Origin: Octopus sinensis
Taxonomy: Eukaryota
Direction: 5' to 3'
Length of the DNA stretch: 64,000 nucleotides
NCBI RefSeq assembly: GCF_006345805.1
Contig: NC_043003.1
Coordinates: 101,060,001-101,124,000 of the forward strand
The stretch's first letter is position 1. Every line of letters starts with the position of its first letter. Below the pieces are notes generated by a model, which was not told the origin of the DNA, did not search any database, and was given only the letters and a program-made list of their open reading frames with translations. The position numbers were made by a program, and so were the translations under genes. Below, one piece after another: positions 13,045-24,363 of the stretch.

Positions 13045-13290
13045 TCACACACACACACAAGACAATGATAAAAAAGAAATCCAGACAATTTTTTGAAAAA
13101 TAACATTTTACCCCCCTTGAAGTGACCAGCAGGGTTTGCCATTTCTAAAAGCCAAGAATCATTTTATATTGAAAGGCTGACCAGCTGCAAAGATGTCAAC
13201 ACATTTTTTTCTTCTTTCTCTCCTTCCTTTCCATCTCTTTTCCATTGACACTCCTTTCAGATACAAAAGCACACACACACACACGCACTC
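12030..13290. repeat. Tandem array of ~5 composite units (~230-320 bp) with internal (CA)n/(CT)n
   Basis: AGATGTCAAC unit starts near 12040, 12360, 12593, 12904 and 13191. Length differences come from the dinucleotide tracts. Confidence 0.92.
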
Positions 13291-14272
13291 TCTCTCACTT
13301 TCTCCCCATTCCTCACCCTCTTGTACTATCTTATATCTATGTCCACCACTACACACTCAATATTACTATAAAAAGAGACAAAATTCCTGAAAAAGTTTAA
13401 TCTGACGATCCCACTAGAGTGGACACAAGCGCTAATATATGATTTATAAAAAAAATGTGACATATTAATAAATATCTGTAAATATAAAACCATCCAGTAC
13501 CCCATTTCTTCTAATATATATATATATATATAAAGGAATACCAAAAATGAGACAAGAACGCAAAACAGCCAGACAGTTAAATGATTAAAAAAAGGGACAA
13601 CAAAACATCCAGACAGATGATATAAAAAAAACAAGGATGGGTCATTCGGAGTTCTTTTTCAGTCGAGTTCCAGATTATCTTTGCAATTATGGCTGGTTAT
13701 ACTCGAGATTGCTCCAATCTGGCCAGCCCCAAAGAAAAACTAAACTAAGAGCACTAGATTCCTTGGAAGAAAGCAGCGAATTTATACGAAAACAAGGATG
13801 GAAAAAATGGAGAAATGATACACAAATACAAATGCAAAAAAAGGACATTAACAACAGGTGTCTTTCGGGACGAATTATAACAAGCTGACATGTGTGGAAG
13901 TGAAGCCTTACTGCAGGGACATAAGAGATGATAGGCATAGGGAGGAATATAGATATTGCACAGATGGTAGTCGAACCAAGAAAGAAAGGTCGGGTTTGGC
14001 CAAACACCGGTCACGTGGAAAGAGAAGAGAGAGAGGCAGAGTGACAGAAGAATTAGGGAGGGATGAGAAAAAAGGAAAGAGAGTGAAGTGAAAGAGGAGG
14101 GAAAGTGAGAATGAAGAGAAAGCCAGTAAATGTGAGAGAGGGGGAATGAAATAAAGAAGAGTGGAAAGAATGAAGGGGCTGATAGAAAGAAGAAAAGAAT
14201 GAACGAATAATAGAGCCATACATATAAAATGTAATTATAAATAACTTAAAAAATATAAATGTAAATACCATA

Positions 14273-14774
14273 TCTCTATATCTATAAATAGCAAAATGTC
14301 TGTGTGTCTGAGTGTCCTTTATACAAATCCACAGTTTTTCACGTAAAAGGCTCACATTTTCTATGGGCTTTCAAAACTGTCTGAGGGTGGTTGTGAAGAG
14401 TTTTTCGTTTCCCCAATCACCCCAGAAAGCCATTAAAAACATCGATAAACCTACCCCTTATGCCCATAAGTTATTTTGCGGCCAAATTCGAGTTTTTCGC
14501 TTTCTTCTGCCTCGTTTTTTGTCCGACTAATGGCATGTGCACAGTCCCACTAATTTTCCATGATTACGCGGTTCCAGGTGTGAAAACCGAAGTCCAATGA
14601 ATATTAATTACTCTCATAAAAAGCTCCAACTAGCTCATAAACAACAAAACTGGCCTGGGCTGAAATGGAGAAACTTAGCTCTTGATTCAGTGAGAAATTT
14701 TTACTGCGACCCGGCAATGAACAACAAGCACTAGCACTAGCACTAGACCTGGCAATGCCGGGTCATAATGCTAG
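14273..14774 (+). mobile_element. Non-autonomous Helitron
   Basis: A|TC 5' end, 3' hairpin GACCTGGCA-A-TGCCGGGTC, 6 nt, then CTAG|T. Confidence 0.75.
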
Positions 14775-15018
14775 TTGTATTATATTTTACCGTGATTAAC
14801 TGTAGAGAGAAGTTACAACCTCTCTGCAAATCATAGAATCTTGCACCAGTACATACGAGGGTAAATAGGTATGCAAAATACAACATTTAATAATATAATA
14901 TAGAATAAAGGAATAAATAAAATACACCAAAAAATAAAACTTGTGCCAGCAAGGAAAACGGACGTTGATGATGATGATGATGATGATGTATGTATATATA
15001 TATCTATATATCTATATA

Positions 15019-15062
<44 letters not shown>

Positions 15063-15143
15063 GGGAAAATTACTTCCAACTACACAGGAAAAAGACATTC
15101 AAACTAGATGTACTAAAATGAACATCTCTCAATGTTTAATTTG

Positions 15144-16008
15144 TATATATAAAAGTAATTTTAGAGACAGAACCACCTTTACAACTCAATCAACATTGAA
15201 AGGTTTTATACCCAACCACTCCATAAAATGTTAAAAATTAAATCTCATACTACCTGTATCTATTCTGAATCCTGTATTTTCCGTTTATAAGACTACACGT
15301 GTTTCATGAAAGTATGTTAGTATTGATTAGATATGAGGTATCTAATTTTAATACTTACTCGGGTCAACATACTCCCAATCTTCAGGTCTGAATTCCCCAA
15401 CATTTTTCACTACCTCTATCTCTTATATACATCCATGGTACTCTATATCTTCAATATAACCTTGCTTAACATGTACAAATGAATAGAAAAAAATAATAAC
15501 TGAATATTAAAAATCTAAGGAATAAAAAATAAAGTAAAAATTTAAGGAATAAAAACTCAAGGAATAAACAGTTAAGGAAAAAACATTTAAGGGAAAAAAA
15601 CATTTAAGGAAAAAATTTTAAAGAGAAAAAATACGAGTAAAAATTACGAATAAAGGTTCCAAATAACGAATAAAGTATTGCAAATAAACAAATACGAAAT
15701 AAAAATGAAATAATAATGAAATAAAAATAGAGATAGAGAAATAAAAATAGGGGTAGTGAAAAATGTTGAGGAATCCAGACCTGAAGATTGGGTGTATGTC
15801 GACCCGAATAAGTATTGAAACTAGATACCTCGTATCTAATCAATACCAACGTACTTTCATGAAACACGTGCAGTCTTATAAACGGAATATACAGGATTCA
15901 GAATAGATATAGTTAGTATAAGATTTAATTTTTAACATCTTATGGAGTGGTCGAGTATAAAACCTTTCAGTGTTGATTGAGTTGAAGGTGGTTCTGTCTC
16001 TAAAATTA

Positions 16009-16012
<4 letters not shown>
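15144..16012. repeat. Fold-back structure with ~270-bp inverted arms (15144-15418 and 15748-16012) and an A-rich subrepeated spacer
   Basis: The arms are reverse complements along their length, e.g. AGAGACAGAACCACCTT / AAGGTGGTTCTGTCTCT and CCCAATCTTCAGGTCTG / CAGACCTGAAGATTGGG. Confidence 0.9.
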
Positions 16013-16043
<31 letters not shown>

Positions 16044-16164
16044 CATTTCAATAAGGGATTTATAAACTGAAAGAATAAACTTTAAAAATGTTTTTCATTG
16101 TTGAAGCCATAAGATACATACTGGATATAAGGAGAGATAAAGTATAACAAAATAAAGATAAAAA

Positions 16165-17125
16165 AAAAATAATATGTAAATAAATAATAAGGTAGGTCAA
16201 GGTATTCTTAACAAAGCAAATTAAGAAATAAATGAAGATGAGAATACCATTGGATGTGGTTTCATAAAATAAGATGTAATGTTATAGGCACTGAGATATG
16301 TAGAATAATATAGTTCCTAGGGGGTACAGAGTATATATTTATATATTTTGGAAACAAATAATATTATATTCATCATACTTTGAATATGATGATAGAAATC
16401 ATCTGGGATGTCATATTTTTCATAATATACCCACTAGTGGGTATATTATTATAAATAATACGAGCCCCCTGTCCAATGGACAGTGCTGAGTTGTCAAACA
16501 TTTAAACCAAATTTTCTCAAAACAACTTGTCCATTTTGTGGCATTATTTCAAGCCAACCGACTTTTTTGCGCAAACTGCACGTGCATTTTTCTTGCATAT
16601 GCGTAGTATCAATCGCAACAGCTGATGTACTTGCGCATACAAATGCCCGTTCCCACGGCTTTATCGATAGCATTCTCACCTGGAATCGATTTTTGTAATT
16701 TTTTCGAGACTTATAACCCCCCTGATACCGTCGGTACCTACATATCAAATTTAAGCGCAATCGGATGGAGGATGCCCGAGATCCTAGAACACACACACAC
16801 ACACACACAGAACGGATTTTATAACCTCTACCAGTTTAGTCTGCCTTTATCCTATATGGTGATTACACTCTTTTTCTTTCAATTCCAAGATTCTCTTCCC
16901 TATGAGTCAGAATAGGTATATTTAAAATGAGTTATCAGATCATACACCTCCCTTACGTATACTCTATACCCTCAAGGAACTGCATGATTCTACATACATT
17001 AGTGCTTGTAATATTACATCTTATTTTATAAAACTGCATCCAATGGTATCGTCATCTTTATTTCTTAATTTGCTTTGTTAGGAATACTTTGATCTATCCT
17101 TATTATTTATTTACTTATTTTTTCT
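16165..17125. repeat. Inverted repeat pair (~165-bp arms at 16165-16335 and 16960-17125)
   Basis: AACAAAGCAAATTAAGAAATAAA and ATACCATTGGATG occur on opposite strands. Roughly 80 percent identity by eye. Confidence 0.8.
16458..16830 (-). mobile_element. Helitron/Helentron-like non-autonomous element
   Basis: Minus-strand 5' region has TATAAAATCCGTTC followed by (TG)n. Perfect hairpin CTGTCCA-A-TGGACAG (16469-16483) near the other end. The terminus reads CTCG rather than CTAG. Confidence 0.45.
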
Positions 17126-17272
17126 TATTTTAAGTTTTTATTTTTAGCTTTATTTTTTGAGGGCTGGGTGGTGGTAGTGTTGGTAGCAGAGGTGTTAGTT
17201 GTAGTAATGGTGTTAGTGTTGGCGGTACCATCTTTGGGGGAGGTCATGGTGGATGGCTTTGTGATGATTTCG

Positions 17273-17304
<32 letters not shown>

Positions 17305-17756
17305 GGTGGTGGTGGTGGTGGTGGTTGTGGTGGTGGTGACAGGGCTGTTAATGATCGTGGTTGCAGTATCAATGACGTTGAAAGCGTTCACTTTTCACAT
17401 CAGATTTGCCTTGGATTTATTTGTATTTTTCATGTCTGTAGTTGTTTTGAAGTATGTTATTCTTTTTTTCTCCTAGCGTTTCAAGGCTAGGGAAATGCTG
17501 ATCCATGAACAAATTTGACCAACGTTCCACTATGAATTTTCTCGACATTTTTCTAAGTCGAGAAGAAAAATAGAAATTTAAATAGGGTTGAAATTTCTCC
17601 TTGGTGCTAATTCCTCCCTTGAAAACACACTCAAACGAAAGTTGGGTGCTTCACACACTTTGTGTGAAAAAATTGAAACAAAATGTGTGCAATAAAAGGT
17701 CGGAAAAAGGGATTACCTGCGGAGCCAATGCACGTCAATCGATAGATAGATAGATT

Positions 17757-18240
17757 AATTGATAAGTTTCTTTATTAGCCACAGAGGGCCGAACACAGAG
17801 GGGACAAAATAAAATTCCGATCAAATGGGATCTTGAGAAAAAAAAAACGGTCAAAAGGGATCGTGTATCATAGAAAAATTTTAAAAGTGTAAAAAGTGAA
17901 AGAAAAGACCATGGTAACCTCAGGCAGGGAGTGAATAAACACATGAGAGCAAAGTGCTCTCTCTCTCTCTTCGATTTACAGGATCATGCTCAAAGTGGTT
18001 TCGTCAGACGGTAAAAAAAAAATGACAGATGCGATGTACATGTTCGCCACCTCCGCCTGACATTTTAGAGATAGCTTCCTCTTGGCCCATTGCTGGATGA
18101 GAGTGGCTACCCTAGTCATTATCTCGCCCCCAGTTCTTCTCCATTTGGAGGTCCAGACTGAACCAGACTCCAAGCAATTTAACCGGTCCATCGGTCCAGC
18201 GTCCCACGACAGAGATGCTTTTTTCTTTAGCAGTGCCACC
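17757..18240 (-). mobile_element. Tx1 LINE 3' fragment (subfamily B) with internal deletion
   Basis: QWAKRKLSLKCQAEVANMYIASVI matches 3450-3560. It joins directly to the ORF2 end. The 3' end adjoins (TATC)n. Confidence 0.85.
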
Positions 18241-18502
18241 ACTCCTCTGGCTTTGGTAGAGGCAGGAAGTCAATGAAAGTGGCTTCTTGATTTGATTTAG
18301 TCAGTTTCGTTAAGATGGCAAAAGAAAACCGAAGGAAATTTTTTTAATTTTGGGAATTCAACCAGATAGGGATGATTTCCTATTAAAAGATTTACTTAGG
18401 TTGAAGGAGAAGATGTTAAACACCTCTTTGACAACAATTAAATAGTTTTTTCTATACAAATAAAGCCAACTTACTTGGAGCCAATCTGTCAACAATCCAT
18501 TC

Positions 18503-18504
<2 letters not shown>

Positions 18505-18550
<46 letters not shown>

Positions 18551-18600
18551 GATAGATAGATAGATAGGTAGGTCGGTAGGTAGGTAGGTAGGTAGGTTGG
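18505..18600. repeat. (GATA)n/(GGTA)n microsatellite
   Basis: Direct reading. Confidence 0.95.
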
Positions 18601-18602
18601 TA

Positions 18603-20165
18603 AATAACTTTCTTTATTAGCAACACAACGCCAAACACAGTGAGGACAAAATACAATGTAGAGCTTTTCTTTTTGAAAGTAAAAAAAAGAAAATAGAAAA
18701 AAAGGAGGAAAAATTCCAATCAAAAGGGATCGTGTCTCACAGAACAGAGCAAAAATGTAAAAAACAGATTACGTTTATCTGTGAAAAGAAAAGCCTATGA
18801 AAAAGACCACGGTGACCTTAGGCAGGGAGGGAAAAACACGAGAGCAAAGAGCTCTCTCTCTCTCTCTCTCTTTTGAATTTACAGGATCATGTTCAAAGTG
18901 GTTTCGTCGTTCATGCTTACCATCTTTGCTACATTCACCCACCTTTTATTGAATCTTTTATGAGACAAAACTTGCCTCTCTATTCTCACCTTCCTTTTCA
19001 AGTGGTACTTGAGAATTTTGATGAGCGATTGGCCAGGAGGAAAGTGTTTGTCTCTAAACCTTTAGCTTAAGTCCACATTCTTTCACCATGAAAACTGTCT
19101 TGCCTTCCTAGTTAAGGGAGGGTGGCAGCGCAATTTTCCCAATAGACTCGACTGACAACTGAATTCATCCCACATGTGACAGCAGCCATTCAGCATAAGC
19201 CCACAGGTCCGAAATGCAAGCAGAACGGTTTTGTCGCTGTAACTGCATCTCGGGCAAGTCTGTTAGCTGTATCTCGACCCGTGCCTATAGAGCTTATCCC
19301 AAACGGGCAATGCTTCAGGTGATTGTCCATAGGTCCCGGCATGAAAGTTTTCCTGAACAGGTGGGTCAGGTGTTCCTCTGCTCCACTAATCCTCTATAGA
19401 ACGCCTTTATGGAATTGAAGTCACACAAGTTTGGTCCCGGATGGCAGAGTTGCTTGAGAGCAAGGTGGCATTTGCAGTGCCATTCGCCTAGCCTCAGTCT
19501 CTGTTTGATCCATGACTGCAGTTCAGCCAAAGAGACGAGCTGCAGGAAAGTGCACCTCACAAACGGTGACCTGTTCACCGTCGTCTATGAAGCACCAGAG
19601 ATGTCACAGTCTCAGCGCATGTCTGTGCATCATCAACCATGGTATGCCTAGCCCTCCATTTGTCAGGTATTGACAGCAAATGGATCGCCTAACCATCAGA
19701 ATGCTTCCCTTCCACAAAAAGTGGAAGAGTATGGGTTCCAGTTTGGTGATAGTAGGGTCGGGACAAGGTACGACGGTCAGTCGGTAATCAATGATGGATG
19801 CGATGTACATGTTCACCACCTTCACCAAACCTTTTAGGGTCAGCTTCCTCTTGGCCCATTGCTAGGCGAGCGTGGCCACCCTACACGTTATCTCATCCCT
19901 GTTCTTCTTCATTTGGAGGTCCAGACCGAAGCAATTTAACCGGTCTATCAGTCCAGTGTCTGACGATGGAGACACTGTTGAATGGCATAGGTTTGCTTCT
20001 CCAGGTAATGAGCCGCAAACCCACTGACTTTTCCTGATTAATTTTCACTCCCGTTTCCACTTCGTATTCTTTTAGTGTCTCGTCGACCAGGTCGATATAC
20101 CTGTGACTCGACAGTATCACGGTGACGTCGTCCAGGTATGCAGACTTACTCCTCCCGCATCCCAA
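18603..20165 (-). mobile_element. Tx1 LINE 3' fragment (subfamily B), 5'-truncated in the RT
   Basis: SAYLDDVTV, KINQEKSVGL and YRLTVVPCP are homologous to the 2238-7645 ORF2. The 3' UTR matches 17757-17960. Confidence 0.88.
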
Positions 20166-20259
20166 GATAGATATTAATAAATATACACATATATATACAT
20201 TTATATAGATATCTCTCTCTCTCTTTCTGTTTATATATATATATATATATATGTAACTG

Positions 20260-20274
20260 AGGATGTGTGTGTGT

Positions 20275-20326
<52 letters not shown>

Positions 20327-21000
20327 TCTAAAGTTCACAACTGATTTTCTTCAAACTGGGAGCATACATTATTTTTGTTCTAGAGATGGTTTTTTAGACT
20401 TTTAAATCTTTTCACATAGTGAGTAAGGAGGCTCCTGAGTAAACAGTACAAACAATTGCATAACTCGGTTGCTTCATTTGTTCAAGGGACATTATTCTTG
20501 ATAATGTACTTATGTTAATTTCTCTACCTGTACATATCATTATCATTGTTGTTTAACGTCTGTCTTCTATGCCAGCATGGGTGGGATGTTACCACAAGAG
20601 CCGCCCAGGCTGAAGCCTGCACCAGACTTCTGTGACTGTTTTGGTAGGATTTTTTCAGCTGGATGCCCTTCCTAACACCAACCACTCAGCAGACTGAACT
20701 TAGTGCTTTTTATGTGGCACAAACACATACAGGGTCAGTTTTGGCAAGGTTTTTACAGCTGGATACCCTTCCAAACATCAACCACTTTGCAGTGTGGACT
20801 GGATCCTTTTAAGTGGCACCTGCACTGACAGGGTCACCAAGTACTTGCAAGACATATAAAAAAATTAGGATGTGTGTGTGTAAACCCGCAGAACTTCTAA
20901 AGTTTGCAATTGATTTTCTTCAAACTGGGAAAATACATTACTTATGTTCTAGAGATAGTTTTTCACATATTGAGTAATGGGGTCCCTGGGGGAAGAAACC
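20260..21000 (+). repeat. Two related (TG)n-headed repeats (20260-20450 and 20870-21000), Helentron-associated-like
   Basis: Both contain TGATTTTCTTCAAACTGGGA...TGTTCTAGAGAT...TTTTCACATA after a TG tract. Confidence 0.6.
20545..20855 (-). mobile_element. RTE-tailed SINE-like repeat with internally duplicated module
   Basis: Same family as 45505-45840 (+) and 54470-54660 (+). Module GTGGTTGGTGTTAGGAAGGGCATCCAGCTG; tail GCTGGCATAGAAGACAGACGTTAAAC followed by AAC/GAT repeats. Confidence 0.7.
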
Positions 21001-22448
21001 CCCCTTTCCTGGGGTATGTACAACTGCCTGCATGGTCCATGCATTGCTTCTGTTCAAACTGAAAAAAAAAACAGCTACTGAAGTTATATAAGTAGGCTGT
21101 ATTAAATGGATGAACCAATGTAGACTTCAGACCGCATTGTCTAAGTGGCAGCAATAATAGCCTGTTGCCATGGTACCATAGGTAGCAATTTATTGGAATA
21201 AAAACTGTTTGGAATAGACTTTGCTTATTATAAAAAAAAAGCTAAAATATGTTAAATCTTGAGCAACTGGTCAACTATTTTCTTTTAGCATCAGTATCAA
21301 AGTCTTCCCTCTAAGCATAGATGAAGCCCATATTCTTCAGTTATTGATTACAAACCAAAATATCACATGTACACTAACCTATTAATTTATGGTATCTAAG
21401 ACCCATCCACATTAGTTAGAAACCATATCTTAAATGTGACCTTGTGTGCCCGGATGCTGCATGCAGAATTGTTTTTGTTTGGGAGCTGAGTTGTCCTCAG
21501 TGTTTGCGTGCTCTTTACAAGAAGGAGTGCATGGTTGAGCCACAACTATTGATTCCCAGTCAACAACTTAATGTCATGTTTGTCGCATTTGTTAGAGACC
21601 AAGTCTTTAATGTGACCTTGCATACCCCAATGCTACATGCTGAATTGTTTTCGCTTGGGAGCTGAGTTGTCCTCAAAATAGTCACATGCTGTTTATATGA
21701 AAGAGTGCATGGTTGAGTCACGACTATTGATTCCAAACTGAAATATCGCATAACCGTGTTGTTTTCAAGCACCTCTTTGCCAAATCACACCTTTACCACA
21801 TCATTTCTTTCATGTAGATTTCTCAGTTTTATATACATAGAGGAAAGGGGATTTTTGGTGCATTCAAACATCACATACCCACCCACCCACTTTTTCCTGA
21901 TAAGGAATCTTCCAAACTGATGCATGGCATGTCACTTACTTGAATTAGCCTTTCATTTACTCCACAAATATTTTCTCAATGCTGCACTTCTCTATATCAC
22001 ATGTTTCAACTTGTCTGTACCACATATACAAACTATGCCCTTTAAACCCCTGCTAGTATATATATATATATATATATACATAAGTCGTAATATATGGATT
22101 CAAGTAATCTGCTAGTACTTATAAAGAAAAGCTCCTTAATGTATCATTCTGCAAAATATATAGACTATATAAGTATGATACAAAGTCTTCATAAATATAT
22201 ATATATATACACTCATGCATATACATACAAATTCATATAACCTATACATGTGCATACATATATATACATGTGCATACATATATATGTGTGTAAGTGCATA
22301 TATATGTTTGTTTACATATTTTAGATCGATGAAATCAATGAAACATGTTATCCTTTACTTGGAAAAGGAAGGCACAGGGGAGTGTCTTCTACTATAGCCT
22401 CAGTCTGACCAAAGCCATGTGAGTGGATTTGGTACATTATATATTAAT

Positions 22449-22528
<80 letters not shown>

Positions 22529-22564
22529 GTGTATGTATGTATGTATGTATGTATGTATGTATGT

Positions 22565-23075
22565 GTGTGTTTGTCCTCCCACCATCACTTGACAACCAAT
22601 GATAATCAGATGGGGCAATGTCCAGCGAATATGGTGGATGGGGTATCGTTTCCCATTCAAACTGCTCCAGCCTTTGGAATGTTATCCTTGCTGTATGTGG
22701 CCAAGTATTGTCCTGATAGAACCTTTCATCTTGAAACCAAAGATGGTCGTTTTTCTTTTAGTACAGGTGTTGATGAATGGTTGAATGACCAAATCCAAGC
22801 TTCTCTGATAGCTCCTCAACAGTTATTATGGAATTTTGTTCTACCAGAGTTTTGCAGGACGTCCTCGTCATACTCCACAGATTTTTCAGGACAAAGCTCG
22901 TCTTCTAGGCTGTAGTTTGTGGCTCGGATTCTCTGGAACCACAGCTGACACTGGCTTATGCTTATTATCCAATCCCCATGTACTACATTAATATTTCTCA
23001 CACTTTCCATTGCATTGTTGCCTTAATTGAACTCATAAAGCAAAATATGCCGAATATGCTCCTTTGTCACTTCCA
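22565..23075 (-). mobile_element. Internally deleted mariner transposase remnant
   Basis: MEVTKEHIRHILLYEF...QCQLWFQRIRATNYSLEDE (HTH region) joins directly to QDNTWPHTA...HPPYSLDIAPSDYH (C-terminal catalytic motif). Confidence 0.8.
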
Positions 23076-23279
23076 TTATAGCTTTGAAAATATAACTGTT
23101 AAATCGAACTGCACTCTTCAAAACTTGCACTAAGAATAAGCACAAGGTAAAATTACTACCTGCTTTTATAGCAAGTTTTATAGCAAGTTGAAGCAGGTAG
23201 TTTATTCTGATAAAGCAGTTTTTTCAATTGTATAAACTAAAGTTTATACAATTGAAAAAACTGCTTTATTTATGGGATG

Positions 23280-23495
23280 ACTCAATACCTTTAATGTAGT
23301 TCTCGGTGTGGCACAAAATGTGACATGGATGACCTTTGAAACACAGGTACTACTCGTTTTTGCCAGCTGAGTGAACTGGAGCAATGTGAAATAAAGTGTC
23401 TTGCTTAAGGACACAACATGCTACCGGTAATCGAACTTACAACCATAGAATCATTAGCTAAATACTCTAACCACTAAGTCACAAACCTTCACAAG
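23280..23495 (-). mobile_element. tRNA-derived SINE with the same head as 10036-10394
   Basis: GTGGTTAGAG, GTTCGATTAC and CACTTTATTTCACATTGCTCCAGTTCACTCAGCTG are shared. Confidence 0.75.
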
Positions 23496-24363
23496 GATAC
23501 AACATACAAACTGCAACTGTTTTGCAAATTTAACTTGCTAGGAGTTTACTTTTACTTTGATGCACGTGCTTGCCTGGGTGAATGTGCAAAACAAGCAAAA
23601 AGAGATTGTCAGCATCATCATCATCATTTGTATTTTAAGAAAGGAAAAGAAATGGAAAATTTTAATATACATGCATTTCAAAAGGACATTAGGGGTCCAA
23701 GTGAGATGGAATAGCTTCAACTAAAGATTGAAACTGCAGTCCATGCTTGCTTATTTAATGGCTCTGACCACAAATAGAAATAATGTATTATATCTGCTAG
23801 AAATAGCAGTTGGATTAATCACGGTTATATATTATTCATTTTATTGACATATAATGGTTTGTCTTGAAGATATTGATTGTATGGCTTAATATCATGAGTT
23901 TGATTTCAGTAATTTATTGAAATCAGTTCAGCCAGGTACACTACTTCTCGTGCAACAGTTGATCTCTCTTCATGGAAATGCAAAAACAAAAAAGTAAAGA
24001 AACAAGCATATAGAGTATATTTGGAGCACTTGCAGAAACAATAGATACCTTATACAGCAACAATATATGTAATCCACTAATTAGAAAGTGAAAAAGAAAT
24101 CTGCCTGCACAAAATCACATGTACACATACAAGTATGCACATACAAGCATGCACAAGTTTGTTCATACAAACATGTATAGACAAGTGTGCATACACTAAT
24201 GTACATACACAAATGAACATGCACAAACACATTTGCAAAAATCCACACACACAAACACACCCCTACATTATTAGCAGAAACAGTAGAGAGAATATTAATT
24301 GTCCTAGCAATGTTATGACCCTCTATGCTCTGAGTTCAACTCCTACTGTCTTTCATTCTTCTA

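Noticed and set aside
12030-13290. CRISPR-like repeat-spacer array
   Set aside because: Units are hundreds of bp, the variable parts are microsatellites rather than unique spacers, the context is eukaryotic and there are no cas genes.
13630-14030. YCTDGS motif suggesting an RNase H-bearing LINE
   Set aside because: Single short motif with no supporting upstream or downstream domain.
17125-17730. Thr/Asn-rich ORF and its antisense hydrophobic ORF
   Set aside because: Produced by (GGT)n/(GTT)n repeats; at most the 5' part of another L1/Tx1-like element, which I cannot support.
22505-22915. 136-aa plus-strand ORF
   Set aside because: Antisense shadow of the mariner remnant plus microsatellite.
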